A stretch of DNA of 64,000 bases, from positions 2,766,625 through 2,830,624 of the forward strand of contig CAVSPI010000001.1 of NCBI GenBank assembly GCA_963729975.1, read 5' to 3'. Made by a program: the position numbers and the translations under genes. Shown here piece after piece: positions 45,796 to 54,999 of this stretch. Position 1 is the stretch's first letter; every line of letters starts with the position of its first letter. The notes under the pieces are model-generated. The model saw only the letters and a list, made by a program, of their open reading frames with translations, was not told the origin of the DNA and did no database searches. The stretch is from an uncultured Acidobacteriota bacterium. GTDB lineage: Bacteria > Acidobacteriota > Vicinamibacteria > Vicinamibacterales > UBA2999.

Positions 45796-46770
45796 TCACG
45801 GCCGATAGGGGCGTTCGCTGGCGCGCGCGGCGCTGAGCATGTTCGCCAGGCCGTAGTTGCCTTCGTGACAGGCGTACTCGTAGATCTCGTAGTCTGGCCT
45901 GGTGTCGAGGTCGAAGCGTACCGTCCACGGCTGCGTGTAGGTGGCCGGGTCGTGCACCGTGAACTCGTCGCGCAGTGTATCGGCATCCGTGCGCGTGAAC
46001 CGCTCGACGAGCCGCAGCGCCTGGCTGTGCGTCGCGCCGTTGCCGTTGCCGCCAATGCCGGTCCGATCGGTGAAGTTCGTCGTCTCGACGACGAGCGTGT
46101 CGCCGTCCCAGTGGCCGCGCGAATCGCCCATCCACATGGCCACGCCGGCACCGGCGTGCGCACGGCCGTCGAGCGGCACCACGCGCGCCTCGTGAATCAT
46201 CTCGTGGCTGATGACGACGACGCCGGGCGCCTGCAGGATGGAGGTGCCGTTGCCGTAGATCACCGGGATGATCGATCCGGCGACGCCGCGGCTGATGCAG
46301 CGGTCGTAGTTGGAGAAGTCGAGATGCGACGCTGGCAAGCCGCGTCCCTTCTGCGCCGCCTGCTGTGCATCGGCCCGGCGCTGCGCGTCGGGCGTCAGCG
46401 GCGGCACGCGGCCGTCGGGCGGATCGACGATCAGAGACGTCGCTCGCGACGGCAGCTCCGGCCGCTCGAGCCAGTGCCGAGACGCGTTGATCGCGGACGG
46501 GTCGCGCCGAGAACTCGCTCTCGGGCGCGCGGCCAGGTCCTTCGCCAGCTGCTCCTGGTTGCCCTTGACGCGCTCGGCGTACTCGTCGTCGGTGAGCCTG
46601 GACCGTGTGCCGAACGGCTCCGGCCGCTCAAATGGCACGCCGATCGAGTTGTCGCTCGTGTACGTGCCCTGCAGGTCGGGGTCGCCCCACGCCGTGCGCG
46701 GGGCCTGCGCGGCGAGTGCCGGCCGCAACAGTGCGAGCAGCAGGGCGGTCACGAGTGGCGGCTTCGTCAT
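45796..46770 (-). CDS. Secreted hypothetical protein; member 2 of the three-paralog family.
   Basis: Signal peptide MTKPPLVTALLLALLRPALAAQA. Shared motifs: ...HWDGDTLVVETTNFTDRTGIGGNGNGATHSQALRLVERFTRTDADTLRDEFTVHDPATYTQPWTV. Confidence 0.75.
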   Translation of the reverse strand: MTKPPLVTALLLALLRPALAAQAPRTAWGDPDLQGTYTSDNSIGVPFERPEPFGTRSRLTDDEYAERVKGNQEQLAKDLAARPRASSRRDPSAINASRHWLERPELPSRATSLIVDPPDGRVPPLTPDAQRRADAQQAAQKGRGLPASHLDFSNYDRCISRGVAGSIIPVIYGNGTSILQAPGVVVISHEMIHEARVVPLDGRAHAGAGVAMWMGDSRGHWDGDTLVVETTNFTDRTGIGGNGNGATHSQALRLVERFTRTDADTLRDEFTVHDPATYTQPWTVRFDLDTRPDYEIYEYACHEGNYGLANMLSAARASERPYRP

Positions 46771-46848
46771 TGGTCCTCCCCTTGTGTATAGCCGCGCACG
46801 CCTGGGCCGTCAACGGCGGCGGCCGCCGCTGCGCGCTATAGTCGGGCC

Positions 46849-47926
46849 ATGCCCTCCTTCGCCATCGACCCGCCGATCGAGCCGATGCTCGCCAAGCTGT
46901 CCGAGGAGGTCCCGGACGGCCCCTTCCTCTACGAGCCGAAGTGGGACGGCTTCCGCGCCATCGTGTTCCGTGGCGGCCAGGAGGTGTTCATCCAGAGCCG
47001 CGACCTGCGGCCGCTCGATCGCTACTTCCCCGAGCTGCACGACGCGCTGGCGCTGCGCCTGCCGGACGGCTGCGTCGTCGACGGCGAGATCGTCATCGCC
47101 ACGCCGCACGGTCTCGATTTCGACGCGCTGCAGCTGCGCCTGCATCCCGCCGCCTCACGCGTGGCGAAGCTGGCGACGGAATCGCCGTCGTCGTTCGTCG
47201 CCTTCGATGCCGCTTGCCGTCGGCGGACGCGATCTGCGCGCCGTGCCGCAGGACGAGCGGCGCGTGCTGCTCGAGAAGATGCTCGAGGGCGCCACGCCGC
47301 CGCTGCACCTGACGCCGGTGACGCGCGACCGGGCACTGGCCGTCGAGTGGCTGGCGCGCTTCGAGGGCGCCGGGCTCGACGGCGTGATCGCCAAGCCGAT
47401 GCGCGCTGAGTACGAGCCGGGCAAGCGGACGATGCTGAAGATCAAGCACGCGCGAACCGCCGACTGCGTCGTCGCCGGGTTCCGCTGGCACAAGGCGGGC
47501 AAGGGCGAGCGCATCGGATCGCTGCTGCTCGGCCTCTACGACAACGATGGAGCCCTGCATCACGTCGGCGTGACGTCGGCCTTCACGATGGCGATGCGCG
47601 CGCAGCTGGCGGCGGAGCTGGCGCCGCTGCGCGACGGCGCGCTCGAGGCGCACCCCTGGCGCGACTGGGCCGATGCCGGCGGCGGCGAGTCGACGCGCAT
47701 GCCCGGCGGGCAGAGCCGCTGGAGCGCGGGCAAGGACCTGTCGTGGGAGCCGCTGCGCATCGAGCGGGTGTGCGAGGTGAAATACGACCACATGCAGGGG
47801 ACGCGCTTCCGGCACGCGGCGATCTTCCTGCGCTGGCGGCCGGACAAGCCCGCCTCGGCGTGCCGCTACGATCAGCTCGACGTCACCACGCCGTACGAGC
47901 TGGCCAAGGTGTTCGGCTCGACATGA
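46849..47926 (+). pseudogene. ATP-dependent DNA ligase (LigC-type, ligase domain only), with one frameshift near 47215.
   Basis: 46849..~47215: MPSFAIDPPIEPMLAKLSEEVPDGPFLYEPKWDGFRAIVFRGGQEVFIQSRDLRPLDRYFPELHDAL...VDGEIVIATPHGLDFDALQLRLHPAASRVAKLATESPSSFVAFD. This holds motif I KxDG and motif III. Then in the 46310..47926 frame: LAVGGRDLRAVPQDERRVLLEKML...GAGLDGVIAKPMRAEYEPGKRTMLKIKHARTADCVVAGF...GSLLLGLYDNDGALHHVGVTSAF... to the stop. Confidence 0.8.
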
Positions 47927-47946
47927 GCTGGGGAGCGTGATACGTC

Positions 47947-48642
47947 TTGCACATGCGTTCATCCACGCCGTTCTTCGCCGGCGCCGTCGTGGCGCTCGCG
48001 CTCGCCATCACTGCACCGGCCGTTCAGGCACAGACCGATGAAGCCGACCGCGTGCGTGAGTCCTCGACCGTCCTCGACGAAATCATGGCCGCCTCCGACA
48101 GCGCGATTCCGGCGTCGGTGCTCGGCAAGGCCGTCGGCATCGCCGTGTTCCCCGGCACCCTGCGCGGCGGCTTCATCGTCGGCGCCGAGCGCGGCCGCGG
48201 CATCCTCAGCGTGAAGGACACCAATGGCGTGTGGTCGCCGCCGGCGTTCATCACCATCACCGGCGGCAGCGTCGGCCTGCAGATTGGCGTGCGCGCCACC
48301 GACCTCGTGCTCGTCATCCAGAACCGGCGCGGCCTCGAGAACCTGGTGCGCAACGAGTTCAAGATCGGCGCGGGTGCGGCGGTGACCGGCGGCCCGGTCG
48401 GGCGCGACGCGCAGGCGGCAACCGACATCCAACTGCGCGCCGAGATCCTGAGCTACTCCCGCAGCCGCGGACTCTTTGCCGGCGCCACGCTCGACGGGTC
48501 GACCATCCGCGAGGATCGCGACGCGAACGGGCGCTTCTACGGGCAGCGCTTCGCCACGCGTGATGTGGTGCTCGACAGCAAGGCGACGGCGCCGGAGACG
48601 ACGGCGGTGTGGCGCGACGCCCTCGTCAAGCACGCCCGCTGA
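47947..48642 (+). CDS. SYLF (YSC84/DUF500) lipid-binding domain protein, secreted.
   Basis: Signal peptide MHMRSSTPFFAGAVVALALAITAPAVQAQ. ...IPASVLGKAVGIAVFPGTLRGGFIVGAERGRGILSVKDTNGVWSPPAFITITGGSVGLQIGVRATDLVLVIQNRRGLENLV...AGAAVTGGPVGRDAQAATD. Confidence 0.8.
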   Translation: MHMRSSTPFFAGAVVALALAITAPAVQAQTDEADRVRESSTVLDEIMAASDSAIPASVLGKAVGIAVFPGTLRGGFIVGAERGRGILSVKDTNGVWSPPAFITITGGSVGLQIGVRATDLVLVIQNRRGLENLVRNEFKIGAGAAVTGGPVGRDAQAATDIQLRAEILSYSRSRGLFAGATLDGSTIREDRDANGRFYGQRFATRDVVLDSKATAPETTAVWRDALVKHAR

Positions 48643-48670
48643 CAGGGGTTCGCCGTCGGCGGCCGCGACG

Positions 48671-49732
48671 CTAGCGCGCGGCGCCGAACTGCGGCAGCAG
48701 GCGCAGCGGATTGTCGCGTTCGATGGCGCGGATCTCGGCAGCCGCAAGGCCGCTGTTGCGCAGGCCGTTCACGGTGGCCATCCCGTCGAAGAACGGGACG
48801 TCGGTGCCGAACACCACCTGCGACAGCGACACCAGCGTCTTGAGCGCCTGCATGTTGATCGGGTTGGTGGCGCCGGCGGTGTCGTAGAAGAAGCGCCGCA
48901 GGTGATGCAGCCGCGAGTCGGGCTCGGCCGGCTTCGCCAGGCTGTCGGCGCCGGCGGCGGCGCCAAGGAAGCGCCCCGCCACGCCGGTCAGCGAGCCGCC
49001 GGCATGCGAGAAGACGTAGCGCACGTCGGGCGTGCGCGTCGCCGTGCCGCCGACGATCAGGCTCACGATCGTGCGCGTCGTGTCGTTCGGATACTCGAGC
49101 ATCTGCGGCGGGATGCCCGGGATCAGGTTCGGGCAGCAGGCAGCGTCGGTAGGATGCACGTAGACGACGGCGCGGCGCCGGTTCAATTCGTCGAAGATCG
49201 GCGCCAGCGTCTTGTCGCCCAGCCAGCTATTGCCGTAACTCGATAACAGGCCGACGCCGTCCGCCTTCAGCGTGTCGAAGGCGTAGGCGATCTCGCCCAG
49301 GCTGCCATCGACATCCGGCAGCGGCAGCACCGCGAACAACCCGAACCGTCCGCGGTAGGCGCTCACCATCTGCGCGGCCGCGTACTCGTTCAGTTCGCGC
49401 GCCAGCCGCCGTGCCTCCTGCGGATCACCAAACCAGACACCGGGCGCCGTTATCGACAGCAGCGCGGTGGCGACACCCAGGCGATCGAGGTCTTCGACGG
49501 CGCGTGCCGGGGTGAACGCCTTCCAGTTGGCGAGGCCCGGTACCGGCGCCGTGGCGTTCCGTCGATTGAGCATCGCGTAGTAGTCGGGGGACACGAAGTG
49601 CTGGTGCACGTCGATGCGCTCGGGTCTCGCACCCGGCTGCTGCGCGAACACCGCGGAGCCACGCGTGGAAGCTGCCGCGGCGAGCGCAGCCAGTCCGGTC
49701 AACAGGTCGCGCCGGGTCATCGATGCGGTCAT
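48671..49732 (-). CDS. Amidohydrolase-2-family (TIM-barrel metal-dependent hydrolase/decarboxylase) protein with a Tat signal.
   Basis: MTASMTRRDLLTGLAALAAAAS is a twin-arginine motif. IDVHQHFVSP (metal-binding HxH)...VVYVHPTDAACCPNLIPG...VFSHAGGSL...FGTDVPFF (terminal D). Confidence 0.85.
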   Translation of the reverse strand: MTASMTRRDLLTGLAALAAAASTRGSAVFAQQPGARPERIDVHQHFVSPDYYAMLNRRNATAPVPGLANWKAFTPARAVEDLDRLGVATALLSITAPGVWFGDPQEARRLARELNEYAAAQMVSAYRGRFGLFAVLPLPDVDGSLGEIAYAFDTLKADGVGLLSSYGNSWLGDKTLAPIFDELNRRRAVVYVHPTDAACCPNLIPGIPPQMLEYPNDTTRTIVSLIVGGTATRTPDVRYVFSHAGGSLTGVAGRFLGAAAGADSLAKPAEPDSRLHHLRRFFYDTAGATNPINMQALKTLVSLSQVVFGTDVPFFDGMATVNGLRNSGLAAAEIRAIERDNPLRLLPQFGAAR

Positions 49733-49987
49733 GGCGCGCCTATCATGCACTGGCTCGACTGTTCCGGCGCAATTACCGTACGCTCTCAAAGCTGAGCCTT
49801 GGAAAGTGTTCAGCTGACGAACGCCAGAGCGTTCACGTCATAGAGGTCAGCGGCGCTCAACCCGATATACCATCTGACACCATCGGAACAGACTCTGCCG
49901 TTCCCCGGGATCTGCCGGCGGCTGCAGGGAAGGCGAATCGGCAGGACGCCATTTTCATTCGAGGATTCGTTCGATGAGGCGCTCGCG

Positions 49988-51487
49988 ATGACACGACGAA
50001 CTGCGCTGGCGCTGGCCACGGCCATTGCCCTGCTGGCCCTGCCGGGCTTTGACCTCATCAATGCACGCGCCATCGCGCAGGTGGTGGCGGACCCGCAGGC
50101 GGTCATCTCAGCCGAATCCGGGAATCGCGTCGTCCTTCGCCGCCGCGACGACCTCACGGCGATGCAGACGTTCCGGCCGGGCTATACCTTCTGGCAATAC
50201 ATCTTCACGATCCCTGATGGCTCCATCGCCTTCGGCAGTGCCGTCGACGGCCGACTGCTCGCGTCCTTCCCCGCCAAGGGCGACTGGGTACGCGAGGCGA
50301 ACTGGGCCGACCCCGCGCTGGCCGATCTGCTCACGGGCCAGCCGTTGTCGTCCAACCTCGACGAGCGGCGCGACCAGGTGGCGCTTTTACTCGAACGCGT
50401 CGCCGGTCCGGTGCTGCACAACCCGACGCGCGGCAACTTCCTCCTGCCGAACGCACGCCGCTACGGCGGCTTCCTCGCCGAATGGGGCGCCATCTACGAG
50501 CGCTTTGGCGTACCGGCGGACATCGGGCTGGCGCAGGTGATTCTCGAGTCGGGCCTGAACGGCACGCGCCGCTCGGAGGCCAACGCGATCGGCTTCTGCC
50601 AGTGGCTGCGCGGCAACTGGAATCGCCTGAACCGCCTGTCGCCGACCGAGATCGAAGGCCACAACCAGACGACACAGGCGCCGTACTGCGCCGCCTACCT
50701 GACGATTCTCGCCACCAAGTACGGCTCGTTCATCCCGGCGCTGTCGGAACACAATGCCGGCGGCACCAACGTCGGGCGCACGCTGATCAACGGCGAGCGG
50801 CTCGGCGCCGCCGATCTCCGCACGCGCTACCTGCTCGGCTCGCGCTTCCAGCGCGACCTGCGCGTCCTCGATCTCGACACGTTCCGCGATATCTTCCGCA
50901 CCTACGGGCCGCGCTCGTACCTCTACGCGGAGATGGTGTTCGGCAACACCGTCAACGTCCGCAACCTGACCGCGTCCACGCCGCAAGTACCCATTCACGC
51001 CATGCGCACGCCGCGGGCGATCGCCTTGACCGAGATCACGAAGCGGACGGGCCTCTCGGCCGACGATGTGCGCCGCTTCAACCCGGCGCTGCTCAAGCAA
51101 GTGCCGGCCAGGGCCACCCTCTATCTGCCGGCCCACGTCAAGGAGTTCGGCAGCGACGTGGCGTTCTGGCACCGGCCGCCCTCGCCCGCCTACGCCAAGG
51201 CGCTCGACGATTTCGTCCGCATCGAGGCGAGTCCAGCGGAGTGGGACGAGCCGGCGTTCGAGCCTGTTCTCAGGGAGTTCCAGCGCCGCTTCCGGGAGAC
51301 GAAGACGGAGGAAGGCACGGTCATGGCGACGGTGCTCGCCTACGCGATGCAGGACGCCTTCTCGAGCGGCCGGCGTGCGCTCCTCGACGAATACCGCACC
51401 AGCAACGACGTGCTGCGGCTGTTCGAGCGCGGCGTGCAGGCGCTCGACGCGCTGCGCACGAGACAGGCGCAGAACGCCACGCCGTAG
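49988..51487 (+). CDS. Secreted lytic transglycosylase (SLT-domain) protein.
   Basis: Signal peptide MTRRTALALATAIALLALPGFDL. SLT core ADIGLAQVILESGLNGTRRSEANAIGFCQWLRGNW...YCAAYLTILATKYG has the catalytic Glu in ES, followed by a long C-terminal region. Confidence 0.85.
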   Translation: MTRRTALALATAIALLALPGFDLINARAIAQVVADPQAVISAESGNRVVLRRRDDLTAMQTFRPGYTFWQYIFTIPDGSIAFGSAVDGRLLASFPAKGDWVREANWADPALADLLTGQPLSSNLDERRDQVALLLERVAGPVLHNPTRGNFLLPNARRYGGFLAEWGAIYERFGVPADIGLAQVILESGLNGTRRSEANAIGFCQWLRGNWNRLNRLSPTEIEGHNQTTQAPYCAAYLTILATKYGSFIPALSEHNAGGTNVGRTLINGERLGAADLRTRYLLGSRFQRDLRVLDLDTFRDIFRTYGPRSYLYAEMVFGNTVNVRNLTASTPQVPIHAMRTPRAIALTEITKRTGLSADDVRRFNPALLKQVPARATLYLPAHVKEFGSDVAFWHRPPSPAYAKALDDFVRIEASPAEWDEPAFEPVLREFQRRFRETKTEEGTVMATVLAYAMQDAFSSGRRALLDEYRTSNDVLRLFERGVQALDALRTRQAQNATP

Positions 51488-51517
51488 CCGCGCCTGCCGC
51501 TCCCTCGCCGGCAGCGT

Positions 51518-52351
51518 TCAGCGCTGGCAGACGGGGCAGAAGAAGGTTGAACGGCCTCCCTGCACGATGCGTTTGACGACGCCGGTACAGCCGCGTCGCA
51601 GGCAGCGTTCTCCCTCACGGTCGTAGACGCGAAACGGCTGCCCGCGATAGGCCCGGCTGGCGCGATCGATCGCCTCGGTCAGCACCGTGCGAATGGCGGC
51701 AGCCAGTGCGGTCGCTGCGGCGGTCGGTTCGCCGGCGCGCGAGACGATGGTGGATGCCCGCCGCTTCGGCGACAGCCGTGCGCGGTGCAGCGCTTCACAG
51801 ACGTAGATGTTGCCGAGGCCGGCGATCACGCGCTGGTCCGACAACGCGATCTTGAGCGACGTCTTCCGGCCGCACAGCCCGCGCGCCAGCACGAGGGCGT
51901 CGAACGCGCGATCGAGCGGCTCCGGTCCCAGCGCGCCGAGCGTCACGTCCTGCGCGGCTTCCGCCGCCGGAATCAGTTTCATGAAGCCGAAGCGGCGTGG
52001 ATCGTTGAAGACGACGACGGCACGCGACGACATCTCGAACACCACGTGATCGTGCGTGTCGTAGACCAGGGACGCGGCGTCGCGCGGGTGTGGGCCCTGC
52101 CGCTCCACCCGGAACGACCCGGACATCCCCAGGTGCATCAGCAGGATTTCCCCGGATGAGAGCGTGGCCACGAGGTACTTCGCACGCCGCGCGAGCGTAC
52201 GCACCGTGTGCCCTTCGAGACGCCGGGCAAAGTCGGGCGGAAAGGGAAACCGCAGGTCGGGACGGCGAGTGATGACGCGGTCGAACCGCGCACTCTCCAT
52301 GACCGGCCGCAGCTGCCGGCGAACGGTTTCGACTTCAGGAAGCTCAGGCAA
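51518..52351 (-). CDS. mutM: Formamidopyrimidine-DNA glycosylase.
   Basis: (M)PELPEVETVRRQLRPVMESARFD...ILLMHLGMSGSFRV...FNDPRRFGFMKL...ALLDQ-equivalent...C-terminal zinc finger CLRRGCTGVVKRIVQGGRSTFFCPVCQR. The catalytic N-terminal Pro requires initiation immediately before PELPEV. The only start there is TTG at 52351, preceded by AGGAAG. The track's GTG at 52366 would add 5 residues and bury Pro2. Confidence 0.9.
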   Translation of the reverse strand: MPELPEVETVRRQLRPVMESARFDRVITRRPDLRFPFPPDFARRLEGHTVRTLARRAKYLVATLSSGEILLMHLGMSGSFRVERQGPHPRDAASLVYDTHDHVVFEMSSRAVVVFNDPRRFGFMKLIPAAEAAQDVTLGALGPEPLDRAFDALVLARGLCGRKTSLKIALSDQRVIAGLGNIYVCEALHRARLSPKRRASTIVSRAGEPTAAATALAAAIRTVLTEAIDRASRAYRGQPFRVYDREGERCLRRGCTGVVKRIVQGGRSTFFCPVCQR

Positions 52352-52423
52352 GCTTCCTATTCTCACTCGTGTTCGACGTCACGATGGCAGCGCGCTTGCT
52401 CCGGCTTTGAACGGAGGAGCTGA

Positions 52424-52990
52424 ATGGCCAACGCCGCGCGCAGGAAGCGAACACGACAACAGGCGGTGACCACCGCCGCAGCCACGGCACGCCGGGCCAT
52501 CGGGCGAACGGTTGCGTCGGTCGTCGCCCGCGTGGCGCCGCCGGCGCACGACGCCGTCGCCCTGCTCGAGCGCGATCACCGGCGGATCGAGGACCTCGTG
52601 GCCCGCGGCGAGAAGACGACGGCACGGGCGACGACGCGGCGGCGGGAGCTGCTTCAGACGCTCACGGACGAGCTCGCTGCGCACGAGAAGATCGAGGAGC
52701 AGATCTTTTATCCGGCGCTCAAGCGCCACAGCAAAGCGCGCGAGCTCGTCCTCGAAGGCTACCAGGAGCATCACGTCGCCGACATCCTGGTGCGTGAGCT
52801 GCACGCCCTGCCGCCCACCGACGAACGCTGGGGCGCGAAGTTCAAGGTCCTCAAGGAGAACCTCGAGCATCACATCGAGGAAGAAGAAGGCGAGATGTTC
52901 AAGACGGCGCGCTCGGTGCTCAGCCCGGCCCAGATACAGGCGCTGGGTCAGCGGATGGCGGCCCTGAAGGAGCGCAACGGCCACCGCTGA
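52424..52990 (+). CDS. Hemerythrin (HHE cation-binding) domain protein.
   Basis: ...AVALLERDHRRIEDLVARGEKTT...LTDELAAHEKIEEQIFYPALKRH...VLEGYQEHHVADILVRELHALP...LKENLEHHIEEEEGEMFKTAR. The His/Glu ligand pattern is present. Confidence 0.8.
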   Translation: MANAARRKRTRQQAVTTAAATARRAIGRTVASVVARVAPPAHDAVALLERDHRRIEDLVARGEKTTARATTRRRELLQTLTDELAAHEKIEEQIFYPALKRHSKARELVLEGYQEHHVADILVRELHALPPTDERWGAKFKVLKENLEHHIEEEEGEMFKTARSVLSPAQIQALGQRMAALKERNGHR

Positions 52991-53070
52991 GGGCCAAAAT
53001 CCTGCGCTGGAGCCGCGGGTGACGATCGCGCTACACTTCCGCGCCCGGGATGTCCGGAGCTGGAGGTCGA

Positions 53071-53961
53071 ATGACAGCGCTCGCCCGCTCGCTCGCCGTC
53101 GTCGGTGTGCTTGGTGTCTTCTCCGCGTCGCTTTCGGCTCAATGGCCGGAGCAGAAGGATCCGCGCGCGCCGCGGACGGCGGACGGAAAAGTGGACCTGA
53201 CGGCACCAGCGCCCAAAACCGCGGACGGCAAGCCTGACCTGTCCGGCGTCTGGCAGAACGTCGGGCGCGGGCAGGGAGCGCCGCGCGAGGCGCTCAGCCT
53301 CGACGAAAAACCGACGGCCACCTTTGGCAACATCGGTGCGGGATTCAAGGATGGGTTGCCGCTGCAGCCGTGGGCGAAGGCGCTGCTCGACAAGCGCCGC
53401 GCCGACAACAGCAAGGACAACCCGGACGTCTGGTGCCTGCCGCTCGGCAACCAGCAGTTCAACGTGCACAGCTTCCCGCGCAAGATCATCCAGACCCCTG
53501 GTGTCATCGTGATGCTCTACGAGACACACATGGGCATCCGGCAGATCTTCACCGACGGCCGGGCGCTGCCGAAGAACGACCCGCAGCCGTGGTACTTCGG
53601 CTACTCGGTCGGCCGCTGGGAGGGCGACACCCTGGTGGTGGAATCGACCGGCTTCAAGGACGAGGGGTGGCTGGACATCAACGGCAGCCCGCTGACCGAG
53701 CAGGGGCGCACCATTGAACGGTTCCGCCGGACCAACTACGGGACGATCGAGATCGAACAGACGATCGACGACCCGAAGGCCTATACGCGACCGTTCACGG
53801 TGCGGCTCAACTGGCGGCTGATGCCCGACAGCGAGATCATGGAAATGGTCTGCCTCGAGAACAACCAGTCGATCCATCACCTGGTGGGTGCGGCCGGCCC
53901 CGACGGTCCGCCGCCGGCGGCAAGCGCACCGGTGCCCGCGGTGGCGCGGCCGACGAACTAG
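53071..53961 (+). CDS. Secreted hypothetical protein; member 3 of the three-paralog family.
   Basis: Signal peptide MTALARSLAVVGVLGVFSASLSAQW. Shared motifs: LQPWAKALLDKRR, WCLPLGNQ, PWYFGYSVGRWEGDTLVVESTGFKDEGWLDINGSPLTEQGRTIERFRRTNYGTIEIEQTIDDPKAYTRPFTV. Confidence 0.75.
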   Translation: MTALARSLAVVGVLGVFSASLSAQWPEQKDPRAPRTADGKVDLTAPAPKTADGKPDLSGVWQNVGRGQGAPREALSLDEKPTATFGNIGAGFKDGLPLQPWAKALLDKRRADNSKDNPDVWCLPLGNQQFNVHSFPRKIIQTPGVIVMLYETHMGIRQIFTDGRALPKNDPQPWYFGYSVGRWEGDTLVVESTGFKDEGWLDINGSPLTEQGRTIERFRRTNYGTIEIEQTIDDPKAYTRPFTVRLNWRLMPDSEIMEMVCLENNQSIHHLVGAAGPDGPPPAASAPVPAVARPTN

Positions 53962-54125
53962 GCTTGGCGGGTCCGAAAGGACCCGCCCTACGCAACAGCG
54001 GGTCCGAAAGGACCCGCCCTACGCAACAGCAGTCCGAAAGGACCGGCTCTACTCTCACGGTCACCAGCAGGCCGGTCCGGATAGACCCGCGGCCACCGTA
54101 GGGCCGGTTCTTTCGGACCGGCCCT
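53958..54125. repeat. REP-like cluster: GGGTCCGAAAGGACCCGCCCTACGCAACAGC x2, then AGTCCGAAAGGACCGGCTCTAC, then GTAGGGCCGGTTCTTTCGGACCGGCCCTCC.
   Basis: Direct inspection. About 170 bp of hairpin repeats directly after the paralog-3 stop. Confidence 0.85.
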
Positions 54126-54293
54126 CCGCCCCCCATTCGTGGGACCTACCGTCTCTCACCGTCGGGTTATCCTCACGCCACGCTGGCCGCGCAGATCTGG
54201 GCGAGGTCGTGTCGTTCCTGAAGACGACGCTGGGCACGGGGGCCGCGGCGGTCTGAGGTAGTCTGAAGCGTCAATCACGACGCGGGAGAATGC

Positions 54294-54932
54294 ATGCGAA
54301 GCAGAATGCTGAATTCGGTGATGGTGCTGGTGATGGCGGGCGCGCTCGGCGTCGCCGTCGCCGCGCAGGGTGGTGGTCAGGCCGCGCCGGGCGCGCAGGC
54401 GCCGCCGGCAGGCGGGCAGGGCGGCCGGGCCGGCGGCGGACGCGGCGGCGGGCGCGGGTTCAACCTTCCGCCACTGCTGATGGAAACCGATGCCTTCGCC
54501 GACGGCGGGATCGTACCGCAGAAGTACACCGGACGCGGCGGCGTGCAGCCGGCCTTCAAGTTCTCCGGCGCTCCGGCCACGACCGTGAGCTACGCGATCA
54601 TCTTCCACGACATCGACGTGTCGCTGCAGGGCGGCACCGGTGACGTGCTGCACTGGATCGCCTGGAACATTCCGGCGTCGGCGAACGGCATTCCCGAAGG
54701 CAAGCTCCCGGAGGGATCGGTGCAGGGCAACAACCTCACCGGGCAGCCGGCCTACATGGGTCCTGGCGCGCCGGCTGGTCCGCGCTATCACCACTACGTG
54801 TTCGAACTCTACGCGCTCAGCTCGAATCTCGACATTCCCGCCACGGCGAGCCGCGACGACGTGCTGAAGGCGATGCAGGGGAAGATCGTCGCCAAGTCGG
54901 CGTACGTCGGCCGCTTCCGCAGCGGCGAATAA
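54294..54932 (+). CDS. YbhB/YbcL-family (PEBP / Raf-kinase-inhibitor-like) protein, secreted, with a Gly-rich N-terminal linker.
   Basis: Signal peptide MRSRMLNSVMVLVMAGALGVAVAAQG, then GGQGGRAGGGRGGGRG. ...TVSYAIIFHDIDVSLQGGTGDVLHWIAWNIP...PGAPAGPRYHHYVFELYAL carries the PEBP motifs D-x-D and HRY/HHY. Confidence 0.85.
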   Translation: MRSRMLNSVMVLVMAGALGVAVAAQGGGQAAPGAQAPPAGGQGGRAGGGRGGGRGFNLPPLLMETDAFADGGIVPQKYTGRGGVQPAFKFSGAPATTVSYAIIFHDIDVSLQGGTGDVLHWIAWNIPASANGIPEGKLPEGSVQGNNLTGQPAYMGPGAPAGPRYHHYVFELYALSSNLDIPATASRDDVLKAMQGKIVAKSAYVGRFRSGE

Positions 54933-54999
54933 CCGTCCTCACCATCCGATGACGCCGCGCCGGTCACGGCCGGCGTCGTCGAGCGCCGCGCTCCGGGCT

